64,000 nt of DNA from Kiritimatiellia bacterium (GTDB lineage: Bacteria > Verrucomicrobiota > Kiritimatiellia > JAAZAB01), in contig JAQUMN010000006.1 in NCBI GenBank assembly GCA_028718125.1, positions 51,806 to 115,805 on the forward strand. The letters run 5' to 3'. Below the pieces are notes generated by a model. That model had not been told where the DNA came from. It saw only the letters and a list, made by a program, of their open reading frames with translations, and made no database searches. Of the stretch, positions 47,300-56,371 are shown piece by piece. The position numbers were made by a program, and so were the translations under genes. The first letter of the stretch is position 1, and every line of letters begins with the position of its first letter.

Positions 47300-50200
47300 A
47301 TGCCGAAGCCATCCATTATATTGACAATCATGGCGCGTCTGGGCGCAGTTCTTCTGCGCAGTCTGGTAATGGCCGCCGTGGTTGCCTTGCCCGGCGGTGC
47401 GTTCGCTGGAACCACCAACTCGCTTTCAACCGTTTTTGTTGACAACTTCGAATCCTACATTACCAATACCCCGCTGATTGAAGGCACAAACGGATGGTAT
47501 GGTTCCTCCAGCAACATTGTAGTCGTATCGAACACGATCATTTCGGCTGCCGGCAGCACGAACATTGCCATGATTCCGGAGGACTGCACGCTTTCAAACC
47601 GGTTCATAAGCAGTTTGTCCACGAACGTTTGGATTCAGATGGACGTGCGGTCAAGCTTATATGACGGATTCAAACATCCGGTAGTGGACACGAACATGGC
47701 CGGGGCGTTCTACATTAACAGCAATGGCAATTTTGTGGTGCATAATGGGCCGGCTTCGCCGGAAGCCGACGATTCGGTGAACTGGGTGACGCTGACGAAT
47801 TTCAGCGTGGGGATGAGTGGTACGAATTGGGTGACGATCGGGATCTATGAAGATTTCAACATGCGCAAATGGCATTTGTATGCGAGCACCAACACGCCCA
47901 CGTCGTTCTCTCTGGTGACGAACAACATAATGTTCATTAATCAGGGCCTGACGAATTTCACCGGGTTTGAAACCTATAATGGAGCAATGACGTCATATTT
48001 AGACAATGTCTCCGTGATGGTGTCGAACAAATTGGTGGCAACCATTAGCGGTTCTTTCGCGGTTAGCAACAAGTTTTATGACGCAAGCACAACAGCTACG
48101 ATCACTAATAATAGCCTGACGCTGAACGGCACTGCGGGTGACGTGACACTGGTCCCGGGAGCGGTGTTTGACACAAAGGACGCGGGCATGGACAAAACCG
48201 TATACTTGACGGAGTCGGTGCTTGCAGGCAATGATGCCTTAAATTACACGCTTTCCTTTGTGGGGGCGCCGACGGCTACGGGCGATATTGCCAAAGCAGG
48301 CATGACGGCCGCCCTGGTTGCTCCGATAACCAAGCCCTACGACCGCCTTTTCGGGGCGACCCTGGGCGTCAACAACTATTCATTTGGCGGCCTTGTCGGC
48401 AGTGAAACTTGCACAGTCACCAAGACGACGGGCGCCTATGCCACCTCGAACGCGGCAGCGGGAATCATGGTCAGCACCTCGCTGGAGCCCGCTGACTTTT
48501 CCGGCTCCGGCGGCTTCGACACGAACAACTACAATTTGCCCGTTAACGCCGCAGGCGGTGTTGGGGACATTACCCAGGCACCCCTGACGGTAACCCTGGT
48601 TGCTCCGATAACCAAGCCCTACGACCGCCTTTTCGGGGCGACCCTGGGCGTCAACAACTATTCATTTGGCGGCCTCATCGGCAGTGAAACTTGCGCAGTT
48701 ATCAAGACGACGGGCGCCTATGCCACCTCGAACGCGGCAGTGGGAATCGTGGTCAGCAACTCGCTGGCGCCCACTGACTTTGTCGGCACCGGCGGCGGCT
48801 TCGACCCGAATAACTATGCTCTGCCCACCAGCGTCTCGGGCAATGTTGGCGAGATTACGGAGAGGGTCTTGACTCTGGGCGGGTCGTTCGAGGTCGAAAG
48901 AAAATTTTACGACGGGACTACGAGTGCAACGATCACGAACAATAATCTGACCATGAACACAGTGATCGACCCGGACGTGGTTGTTCTGAATGCGGTGGCG
49001 CAGTTCGACACGCCTGGCGTGGGCTCAAATAAGACCGTATACCTGACAGGCTCATATCTGACAGGGGCGGATGCGGGTAACTACACTCTGTCGTTGGCGG
49101 GTGCGCCGACAGCCGTGTCAGACATCTATATATACAGCCAGACGATATCATTCCCGGCGATACCGGCCCAGCCATTGGCCAACGGCAGCGTGGAACTTAA
49201 CGCGACGGCGTCCTCGGGATTGCAGGTGAGTTACACGAATACCAGCGTGCTCGGTTCGAATATAGCCGGGAACATCCTGACCTTCGATGGATTAGGTGAG
49301 TATACCATCATGGCGTCGCAGACCGGCAATGTGAACTATAGCGCAGCGCCGCCTGTATCGCGCTCATTCGCTGTGTATGATAGCGAGGCGACGCCTACGA
49401 CCAACACCATTCCTTTTACCGACACTTTTGAATATTATTTCAACTTCGAGCCGCTGGTTAACGGCACCAACGGATGGTACGGATCCTCATTGGATGTCAT
49501 CGTGCAGCCCTACATCGTTGCCACGGGAACTAAGGCTGCCATGGTTCCGGTGGACTGCACGCTCTCTAATCGGTTCTGGAGTGAAGCCCCTACCAACGTA
49601 TGGATCCAGATGGACGTACGGCCAGCCCTGTTTGACGGGTCGAATAACCCGGTCGTGGACACAAATGTTGCCTGGATGTTTTACTTGAACAGCAATGGTA
49701 ATTTTGTGGTGTATAACGGGCCAGCCACCAATGCCGACAACTCAACCAATTGGGTGGAGACCACAAACGGATGCGTGGGAACGAACGACACAAGCTGGGT
49801 AACGGTCGGCATCTACCAGGATTTTACGCAGACTAATTGGGATTTATATGCGAAGACGAACGGGGATTTATCGGTTGCCTGGATATTGGTGACAAACAAC
49901 ATCGGATTTGTCAATGCGAACCTGACGAATTTTGCGGGGTTTGATATCTATAACGGATCAGATACGTCCTATGTGGATAATGTAAAGGTGCGTGCGCCGG
50001 GGACGGTATGGGTGGATCCGACGAACCTGGTTACCGACGTGTATCGGGGTAATATCGCTTCCAACCAGACATGTATGCTTATGGCGCAGACCGGCGTATG
50101 GAATTTTACCAACTCGATTTCGGCGGGTGCGGCCGGCTGGCTGCAGGTGAACCCGGTTACGGGTATTGTTGATTCGGCCATTGGCGGGACCAACCTGGTG

Positions 50201-53101
50201 GTGAGTTGCGGAACAATGCCCGACGGCAGTTACTCTGGAACCGTGACGGTCAGCGCGATAAATGCCGAAGGGGTGCCGCGGATGAGGACCATAACGGTAA
50301 CCTTGAACGTCCTGGGCATGACGGTGATACCGTCCGACCTGACGGTGACGAACGGATTCATGTACAGTAATAATTTAGTCGTTCCCTCGCAAACATTTAT
50401 GATTACCAACACCAGCGCAGTGCCGGTAAACTATACAATCCTTCCGCAGGGAGATACGCCGGATTGGTTGATTCTGAGCACATACAGCGGGAACATAGAT
50501 CCGGATAGCTCGACAAACATTACAGTCGTCTATACGAATGTATTGACGCCCGGGGCTCTGCCGCCTCGGGTTTATACAGGGGAAGTGTGGGTAACCTCAC
50601 CAGACGGAGGGGGAGGGACATCATCGGTTATTGTGGCGATGACCGTCGTGGCGCGTCCGGTGCTTGAGCCATATCCGTCCAATCCCGCCATTTTGACCCA
50701 AACTATAGCCAAGGGCGCTGCGCTGATACCCCAGGCGTTCACGCTCCGGAATGGGAGCGTGGCGCCGGTGGTGCCGATGGACTACACGCTGACGATATCG
50801 AACGATGCTTTTCTCATTCAAAGCCTGAGTGCAGTGAACGGGGAGAGCACGGGAGAGACAAACTCGGTAACGATCAATTATACGGACGTATCGGGGCTTG
50901 ATGCGGGGGTCTACACGGCGATAGTACAAGTGGCGGCCTGGGATGCGGGGAATAACTACTCGCCGACGGGGACGGTGTTCTTGACTACGAATATGGTGGT
51001 GCAGGTGACCGTGGTGGCGCTGGATGCGCCGTCGGGGGTAACGGCGACTGACGGAACTTATACAAATAAGGTAGTGGTAAGCTGGAATCCGGTGGTGGGT
51101 GCGATAAACTATAAAGTATACCGCTACTCGACGTTCGACTCGACAACGGCGGAGCCGATCGGAGCGTCGGTTACGACTGATTTTAATGATTATACGGCGC
51201 TGCCAGGGGTGCGTTATTATTACTGGGTCAGCTCGGTCAATCATAATTTGGCCGAAGGCGCAATGAGCACAAACCGGGAAACAGGCTATCGCGGATTGGC
51301 GGCACCGGGCGGTGTTTTTGCGACGGATGGAATCTACTTAAACAAGGTTCGTGTGACTTGGCCGTTGGTGGATGGAGCAACCGGGTATCGGGTGTATCGC
51401 GGATCAGTGGGGGGCGCTTTAACGCCGGTCTATTTCACGGTGGGCGGGGTATATGATGATATGAACGTGACAGCAGGCACGCATTACGAGTACCGCGTGG
51501 GAGCGACCAACGGCATGTTCGGGAGCGCGCTGAGCGTTGCCGAGACTGGTTATGCGTTTGGAGTTCCGCAGGGATTGAGCGCATCCGACGGAGCGTATGT
51601 GGGGAAGGTGCGGGTGACGTGGAATGCATTGGAAACGGCTTCGGGATACCAGGTCTGGCGAGGGACGCACGCTATATTGCCGCCGGGAGGTGGGGCGATT
51701 AAGCTGGCCACAGTGGTTTCGCCCACATTTGACGATGTCAATGTATCAGCGGGAGTGACGTATTATTATTGGGTGAGAGCTGAGAGCGTACTGGCAGGAG
51801 TCGGGGGTTGGTCGGATATGGCCAGCGGATATGGGGCTGCGTCAAGCCTGGACATTTTGGCTGATAACTTGGTGGTGTTGCCGGTGCAGGTGGGTGTTGG
51901 AACCTCGCCGGCAATCGTGTCGTTCCGTATGGGCAATCGGGGTGGAACGAATATGGCGGGAGCGAACGGGACCGTTAAAATGGAGTTTTTTGCGTCCACG
52001 AACGCAACGTTTGGCGCGGAGGGCAAAATTTCAATCGGTAATGTAGTGACGCAGGTGACATTGGGAATCGGGCAGGAGATGATGATGAATGTTGCCGGGA
52101 ATCGGTTAGTGATGCCGACGACCGAAGCGAATTATAATATTTTTGTACAGGTGTTGCCGTATCCTCCTTCGGTGCTGGTGGATTTAAACCCGGGTGATAA
52201 TGTGGCTATGCGAACGGGCGTCTTGCGGGTGCGTTCAAGCGGGCGGAATTACCAACCCTTCAACGATTATGATGGCGATGGGATATCGGATTTGGGGGTT
52301 TATCGGGGCACGGAATGGAGCGTACGGTCAGTGGATGGATATGTGTGGTGTGCCGGGGCCAATGCCTTTAACAACCCGGGGCTGCCGGTATTGGGCGATT
52401 TGGATGGCGACCGGCGCTCGGATCCCATGGCGTTTGACAACACAATCGGGCTATGGCAGATCTTGTGTTCCGGAAGCGGATACCGATTGGTGAGCGGAGG
52501 GTTTGGCGGGGTTGGGGATACGGCGCTTGTGGCCGATTATGAAGGCGTGGGGCGTGACGGGGTGGGGCGCATGGTGAATGTGGCGGTGGTCAATGAGGTG
52601 AATGGGCGGTGGACTGTGGTAAACTGGGGTGTAGGAGTGACCGAATGGAACTGGGGCACGCCCGGATATCAACAGGTAATCGGTGATTATAACGGGGATG
52701 GGTGCTGGGATATGGCGGTGTATCATGAGGCATCTGGGTTATGGTACATTCGGACGCTGAACGGGCAAGTGCTGGTATTCGGTGCCGGGTTTGGAGGTCC
52801 GGGATATAGTCCTGTCCCCGGTGATTATGATGGTGATGGATACTGGGACGTGGCGGTGTATGAGCAGACAACCGGGAAATGGTACATTGCCTCGTTGGAT
52901 GGCCGGGTATTGGCATGGGGAATTCCATGGGGCGGGCCGGGGCTGGAACCGGTTATGGGGGACTACGATGGGGATGGCACATGGGACTTGGCGGTGTATC
53001 AGGAGGCGACGGGACTGTGGTTTATCGGTTGCCTGGATGGTAGAATCCCGGCGTATGCCAGTTCCTGGGGCGGTCCCGGTTACCGGCCGATCGGAAACTG
53101 A
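47300..53101 (+). CDS. Giant secreted protein 2: signal peptide, LamG-like head, 4 MBG/YDG-type units, Ig-like unit, second LamG-like head, BACON-like array, 4 Fn3-like units, CARDB-like unit, FG-GAP propeller
   Basis: Start at ATG 47300 (or TTG 47294). Head copies at 47431-48022 and 49409-49993. KFYD(A/G).T.ATITNN units. Four repeats of TATDGTY.NKV.V(S/T)W....GA..Y.V(Y/W)R. Propeller repeats GDYDGDG.WD.AVY...TG.WYI. Confidence 0.7.
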   Translation: MPKPSIILTIMARLGAVLLRSLVMAAVVALPGGAFAGTTNSLSTVFVDNFESYITNTPLIEGTNGWYGSSSNIVVVSNTIISAAGSTNIAMIPEDCTLSNRFISSLSTNVWIQMDVRSSLYDGFKHPVVDTNMAGAFYINSNGNFVVHNGPASPEADDSVNWVTLTNFSVGMSGTNWVTIGIYEDFNMRKWHLYASTNTPTSFSLVTNNIMFINQGLTNFTGFETYNGAMTSYLDNVSVMVSNKLVATISGSFAVSNKFYDASTTATITNNSLTLNGTAGDVTLVPGAVFDTKDAGMDKTVYLTESVLAGNDALNYTLSFVGAPTATGDIAKAGMTAALVAPITKPYDRLFGATLGVNNYSFGGLVGSETCTVTKTTGAYATSNAAAGIMVSTSLEPADFSGSGGFDTNNYNLPVNAAGGVGDITQAPLTVTLVAPITKPYDRLFGATLGVNNYSFGGLIGSETCAVIKTTGAYATSNAAVGIVVSNSLAPTDFVGTGGGFDPNNYALPTSVSGNVGEITERVLTLGGSFEVERKFYDGTTSATITNNNLTMNTVIDPDVVVLNAVAQFDTPGVGSNKTVYLTGSYLTGADAGNYTLSLAGAPTAVSDIYIYSQTISFPAIPAQPLANGSVELNATASSGLQVSYTNTSVLGSNIAGNILTFDGLGEYTIMASQTGNVNYSAAPPVSRSFAVYDSEATPTTNTIPFTDTFEYYFNFEPLVNGTNGWYGSSLDVIVQPYIVATGTKAAMVPVDCTLSNRFWSEAPTNVWIQMDVRPALFDGSNNPVVDTNVAWMFYLNSNGNFVVYNGPATNADNSTNWVETTNGCVGTNDTSWVTVGIYQDFTQTNWDLYAKTNGDLSVAWILVTNNIGFVNANLTNFAGFDIYNGSDTSYVDNVKVRAPGTVWVDPTNLVTDVYRGNIASNQTCMLMAQTGVWNFTNSISAGAAGWLQVNPVTGIVDSAIGGTNLVVSCGTMPDGSYSGTVTVSAINAEGVPRMRTITVTLNVLGMTVIPSDLTVTNGFMYSNNLVVPSQTFMITNTSAVPVNYTILPQGDTPDWLILSTYSGNIDPDSSTNITVVYTNVLTPGALPPRVYTGEVWVTSPDGGGGTSSVIVAMTVVARPVLEPYPSNPAILTQTIAKGAALIPQAFTLRNGSVAPVVPMDYTLTISNDAFLIQSLSAVNGESTGETNSVTINYTDVSGLDAGVYTAIVQVAAWDAGNNYSPTGTVFLTTNMVVQVTVVALDAPSGVTATDGTYTNKVVVSWNPVVGAINYKVYRYSTFDSTTAEPIGASVTTDFNDYTALPGVRYYYWVSSVNHNLAEGAMSTNRETGYRGLAAPGGVFATDGIYLNKVRVTWPLVDGATGYRVYRGSVGGALTPVYFTVGGVYDDMNVTAGTHYEYRVGATNGMFGSALSVAETGYAFGVPQGLSASDGAYVGKVRVTWNALETASGYQVWRGTHAILPPGGGAIKLATVVSPTFDDVNVSAGVTYYYWVRAESVLAGVGGWSDMASGYGAASSLDILADNLVVLPVQVGVGTSPAIVSFRMGNRGGTNMAGANGTVKMEFFASTNATFGAEGKISIGNVVTQVTLGIGQEMMMNVAGNRLVMPTTEANYNIFVQVLPYPPSVLVDLNPGDNVAMRTGVLRVRSSGRNYQPFNDYDGDGISDLGVYRGTEWSVRSVDGYVWCAGANAFNNPGLPVLGDLDGDRRSDPMAFDNTIGLWQILCSGSGYRLVSGGFGGVGDTALVADYEGVGRDGVGRMVNVAVVNEVNGRWTVVNWGVGVTEWNWGTPGYQQVIGDYNGDGCWDMAVYHEASGLWYIRTLNGQVLVFGAGFGGPGYSPVPGDYDGDGYWDVAVYEQTTGKWYIASLDGRVLAWGIPWGGPGLEPVMGDYDGDGTWDLAVYQEATGLWFIGCLDGRIPAYASSWGGPGYRPIGN
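48314..48877 (+). repeat. Tandem 282-bp (94-codon) duplication inside giant gene 2
   Basis: Copy 1 is 48314-48595 and copy 2 is 48596-48877. The first roughly 80 nt are identical (CTGGTTGCTCCGATAACCAAGCCCTACGACCGCC...). Scattered substitutions appear after that. Confidence 0.9.
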
Positions 53102-53106
53102 TTGGA

Positions 53107-53832
53107 ATGATAATGGATAAAGAAACAGTGCGCGTTATTATTGATAAATTACTTATAATCCAGGAACGAGATTGTCATATTGCGCGGTGCCAGCGGGAAT
53201 TGAGCGATATTCCGAATCTGAAACAGAACATCGAAACCAAGCTGAATCAGCACAAGGCTGCGCTGGAAAAGTCAAAAGTAACCATTAAAACGCGTTTGGC
53301 GGCCGTCAAGGAGATGGAAATCGAAATTGAAACCTTCCGTCAACAGATTGCCAAACTCCGCGAACAGCAGTTTCAAATCAAGTCCAACGAGGAATTCAAG
53401 GTCCTGAACAGAGAGATCGCCGCCTTGCAGGAAAAGATCCGGGGCTTGGAAGATACTGAAATCGAGCTCATGGAAACGGTCGAGCAGGCCCAGCGTGAAG
53501 AGAATGGGCTGAAATTGGAATCGGCCAAGGCGGAAGGGACCGTGCAAAGCGAAATTAAGCAATTGGATGACCGTCGTAAAAGCCTGGAATCCGAATTGCA
53601 ACAGCTCCAGACGAACCGCCAGGGTCTGGTTGTTGGTATTGCTGAAAATTGGTTAGCTCGCTATAACCTCGTTATGGAAAACCGCAAGGATGTTGCGCTG
53701 GTGGGCTTGGACGGCAATGCCTGCGGCGGATGCCACATGAAACTTCCTCCGCATGTCCTCCAGGACATCAAGCGGGCCAATGCCATTATTACCTGCTCGT
53801 TCTGTGGTCGCCTCTTGTATTGGCACACGTAA
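53107..53832 (+). CDS. COG1579-type coiled-coil protein with C-terminal C4 zinc ribbon (HP0958/CT398-like)
   Basis: A long heptad-rich region is followed by CGGCHMKLPP...CSFCGRLLY. It starts 5 nt after giant gene 2. Confidence 0.75.
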   Translation: MIMDKETVRVIIDKLLIIQERDCHIARCQRELSDIPNLKQNIETKLNQHKAALEKSKVTIKTRLAAVKEMEIEIETFRQQIAKLREQQFQIKSNEEFKVLNREIAALQEKIRGLEDTEIELMETVEQAQREENGLKLESAKAEGTVQSEIKQLDDRRKSLESELQQLQTNRQGLVVGIAENWLARYNLVMENRKDVALVGLDGNACGGCHMKLPPHVLQDIKRANAIITCSFCGRLLYWHT

Positions 53833-53843
53833 TCGTGTACCAT
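53815..53843 (+). promoter_or_regulatory. Candidate rnpB promoter (TTGTAT-17 nt-TACCAT) inside the 3' end of the COG1579 gene
   Basis: The -10 box ends 6 nt before the predicted first base of the P1 stem (53850). Confidence 0.3.
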
Positions 53844-53849
53844 TTTTCC

Positions 53850-54380
53850 GGATCTTGGGTAGTCAGGCGGATGGTCGCTCTGTACCCCGTCCCCGATACG
53901 TTCCGTCTCTTCAAGAGTTCGGGACGTTCTGGGCGGAGCGCGGTGAGGAAAGTCCGGACTCCGCAGGGTAGGGTGTCCTGGTGTAATGCTGGGAGGTCTT
54001 TCGATTAATCGAAAGAAACGGATAGTGCCACAGAAACAAACCGCCCCGAGACGCGTTAGCGTGTTGAGGGGTAAGGGTGAAACGGCGGTGTAAGAGACCA
54101 CCGCTTTGGACCGTAAGGTTCGGAGGCAAGGCAAACCCCACCTGGAGCAAGATCAAATATGATACTGGCAAGGCGACCCGCCTTTATTCCGATACTCCTC
54201 GTGGGTGATCGGGATCAGTATCGGGTTGATCGCAATAAGTCCCGGCCAACGATGACCGGGCAAGATAAATGACCGTCGCACCGGTTCGGTCCGTTCCCGC
54301 CGTCGCCAAGAGGCTATGGCGGGCAGGCGCGGAAGTGCCGGCGCACAAAATCCGGCTTATAGCCTGGCTTCCTGAGATCC
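53850..54380 (+). ncRNA. rnpB: RNase P RNA (bacterial type A), unusually long (about 530 nt)
   Basis: GAGGAAAGTCCGGACTCC (53945-53962, P4/CR-I), AGTGCCACAGAAA, GTAAGGGTGAAACGGCGGTGTAAGAGACCACCG, GGCAAACCCCACCTGGAGCAAG and ACAAAATCCGGCTTAT (54345-54360, CR-V). The terminal P1 pairs GGATCTTGGGTAGTCAGGC (53850-) with GCCTGGCTTCCTGAGATCC (-54380). Mature ends are probably a few nt inside these limits. Confidence 0.9.
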
Positions 54381-54483
54381 ATTACGCCGAGGTTAACAGT
54401 TCAAGGGTTCATGGTTCAACGGTTAGGCCTAAACCCGCTGAACCGTGAATCCTTCAATCTGACAACCTGATCAAGCTGAGTGT

Positions 54484-55416
54484 ATGAACATCACGGCCAT
54501 AAATCCGCTGTTCCAGCGCTTGAGCCCGGCATTTGTCGCCACGTCCCTGGTGATAGGCGCTTTGTTTGTCTTCCAGAATTTTCAGCTTTCGTCCCGATGT
54601 TCTTCGCAATCAGGACCGGAGAAATCGGCGCATGCCGTCTCGCTGCCGGCGTGGCCTCGAATTGACACGCAGTCAATCGTTTTTGACGGCCAAATATTTA
54701 AAAAACAGGCCGGGGAACAACTTGCCGTCAATCTTGGCCCGCTGGCAAGGCGTTTCCGCCTGGCAGGAACTTTTTTTGCCGCCAGCAGTTACCAGCAGTC
54801 CCGCAAGGCTATTATTGACGACATCCAGAAAAAAAACCAGTGCTTGGTAGCCGAGGGCGATAAATTGGATCAGAATATTACGGTTGTTTCCATATTCAGG
54901 GATCGTGTTGTTTTACGCGAAGTAACTCCCGGCCTCGCAGAGAGTCGGGATGAGCAATTATGGCTCAGCTTTACGGGGGGCGATAAACCGGTGCCGCCCG
55001 CAAATAGCCAGGAAGCGGCTGTGACCCAAGGTGAGGCAGACACAGCTCTCGGCCGTTTCGGCAAACGGACCGGGGAGCGCCGCTGGGTGCTTCAACGTAA
55101 AGAGGTGCTTCGGTATTACCAGGAACTGCTGAATAATCCCGAGCGCTTGGCCAAGGTGTTTGAGTCGTTGAAGCCGGTTTATCAGACAGGCAAAATCGCC
55201 GGATATACGCTGGATGTCGAAGGCGAAGGGGATGTCTTTCGCGCATTTGGCCTTAAACAGGGTGATGTCATCCGGCAGGTCAATTCCATGCCCATGATCA
55301 GCCAATCGAGGGCAGAATACTTTATTAACGAATTTGTTAAGGATCGGGTCAATGGCTTTGTCATCGACATCGAACGTGAAACGAAGCCAGAAAAAATGAT
55401 CTATTTGATAAGGTAA
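54484..55416 (+). CDS. Type II secretion system protein C-like (TM + HR domain + PDZ-like domain)
   Basis: N-terminal TM (FVATSLVIGALFVF). HR-like block F.LAGTF......KAII.D.....Q.LV.EGD.L..N..V..I..D.V.L. C-terminal PDZ-like block G......G..F...GL.QGDVI.QVN. No other gsp genes are in the window. Confidence 0.5.
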   Translation: MNITAINPLFQRLSPAFVATSLVIGALFVFQNFQLSSRCSSQSGPEKSAHAVSLPAWPRIDTQSIVFDGQIFKKQAGEQLAVNLGPLARRFRLAGTFFAASSYQQSRKAIIDDIQKKNQCLVAEGDKLDQNITVVSIFRDRVVLREVTPGLAESRDEQLWLSFTGGDKPVPPANSQEAAVTQGEADTALGRFGKRTGERRWVLQRKEVLRYYQELLNNPERLAKVFESLKPVYQTGKIAGYTLDVEGEGDVFRAFGLKQGDVIRQVNSMPMISQSRAEYFINEFVKDRVNGFVIDIERETKPEKMIYLIR

Positions 55417-55612
55417 GACAGAAGTAGATATTCTCCGATAGGCCCTTGTGGCGCCACCCCCTCCAAAAGCTGAAAAGAGCCAACAGCTTGTGCTCAAGAG
55501 TATATCTTAGTAGACATAAGATGTATTATGCGACGTGGTTTGGGTGCCCTGTAATCATGGGTTGTTGCGGTCTGCGGTTGATGGCATTAGGCTGAAGGTT
55601 GCAGGAAGGCTG

Positions 55613-56371
55613 TTAGAAATTGTACATGACGCTGGCGCTCAATGTGGGCTCATCAAAGAAATATTGGAGCTGGCCGCCGATGGACAGATTGTGCGAGGCG
55701 AATATATCTGCGCCCGCTGCAATGCCAACACTGTGGTCCTCGCTGAAATCATAGCTTTGCATTGCCGTTTCCCGCTTACCGTTCACCTTGGAAAATGCCG
55801 GGCCAACGTATAATAATAGACTATAAGGGTAGGCGTCCGTATTATCCATGTGCGATACAAACACCTCGTAATTGAGGGTCACGGAGGCATACATATCCTG
55901 CCATTTTAACCGGGTTGTCTCGGAGTCGCCTGACTGGTATTGAGAATATTCTCCCATGGCGCGAATACTGCATCGCCCCGCCAGCCACGTCGGGTCCGTA
56001 AGGTCAAAATGCCAGATTTTCAGGTTTAAGCCTGCCGACCACTTGACCTTGCCGCTCCCGAGCGTGTCATATTCAGTGCATTTTGCCTGGCAAGCGCCCA
56101 AGGTTCCGAAAATGGTCATCCATTGTAAAAAATCATATCCCACATACCCGTAATAATTATAGGCTTCCAGTTTGGTTTTTCCGCCGTCGTCGTATTTCAT
56201 GTCGCGTTTCAGCGCCTCGAATACGCCGCCAATGCTTAGGTTATCGAGACTTTGCTGGGTAAACATCGTGTCGCGGGAATCTGAGGCTGACAGCGTGGCC
56301 GACGTAAGCGATATGCCCCCGCCAAGCATCCACGCTGTCATGAGTGCAACGGATATTGATTTTGTCACCAT
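55613..56371 (-). CDS. Outer-membrane beta-barrel protein
   Basis: Signal-like N-terminus. Alternating hydrophobic pattern with aromatic girdle residues. C-terminal ...SASVMYNF (terminal Phe). Confidence 0.6.
   Translation of the reverse strand: MVTKSISVALMTAWMLGGGISLTSATLSASDSRDTMFTQQSLDNLSIGGVFEALKRDMKYDDGGKTKLEAYNYYGYVGYDFLQWMTIFGTLGACQAKCTEYDTLGSGKVKWSAGLNLKIWHFDLTDPTWLAGRCSIRAMGEYSQYQSGDSETTRLKWQDMYASVTLNYEVFVSHMDNTDAYPYSLLLYVGPAFSKVNGKRETAMQSYDFSEDHSVGIAAGADIFASHNLSIGGQLQYFFDEPTLSASVMYNF

Noticed and set aside
54395-54450. tRNA-like GGTTCA/GGTTCAAC words downstream of rnpB
   Set aside because: No cloverleaf can be drawn. The sequence forms a single 13-bp hairpin (54408-54420 with 54437-54449) and belongs to the GGTT(A/C)A(T/C)GG word family. 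It may act as an rnpB 3' hairpin, but it lacks a U-tract.
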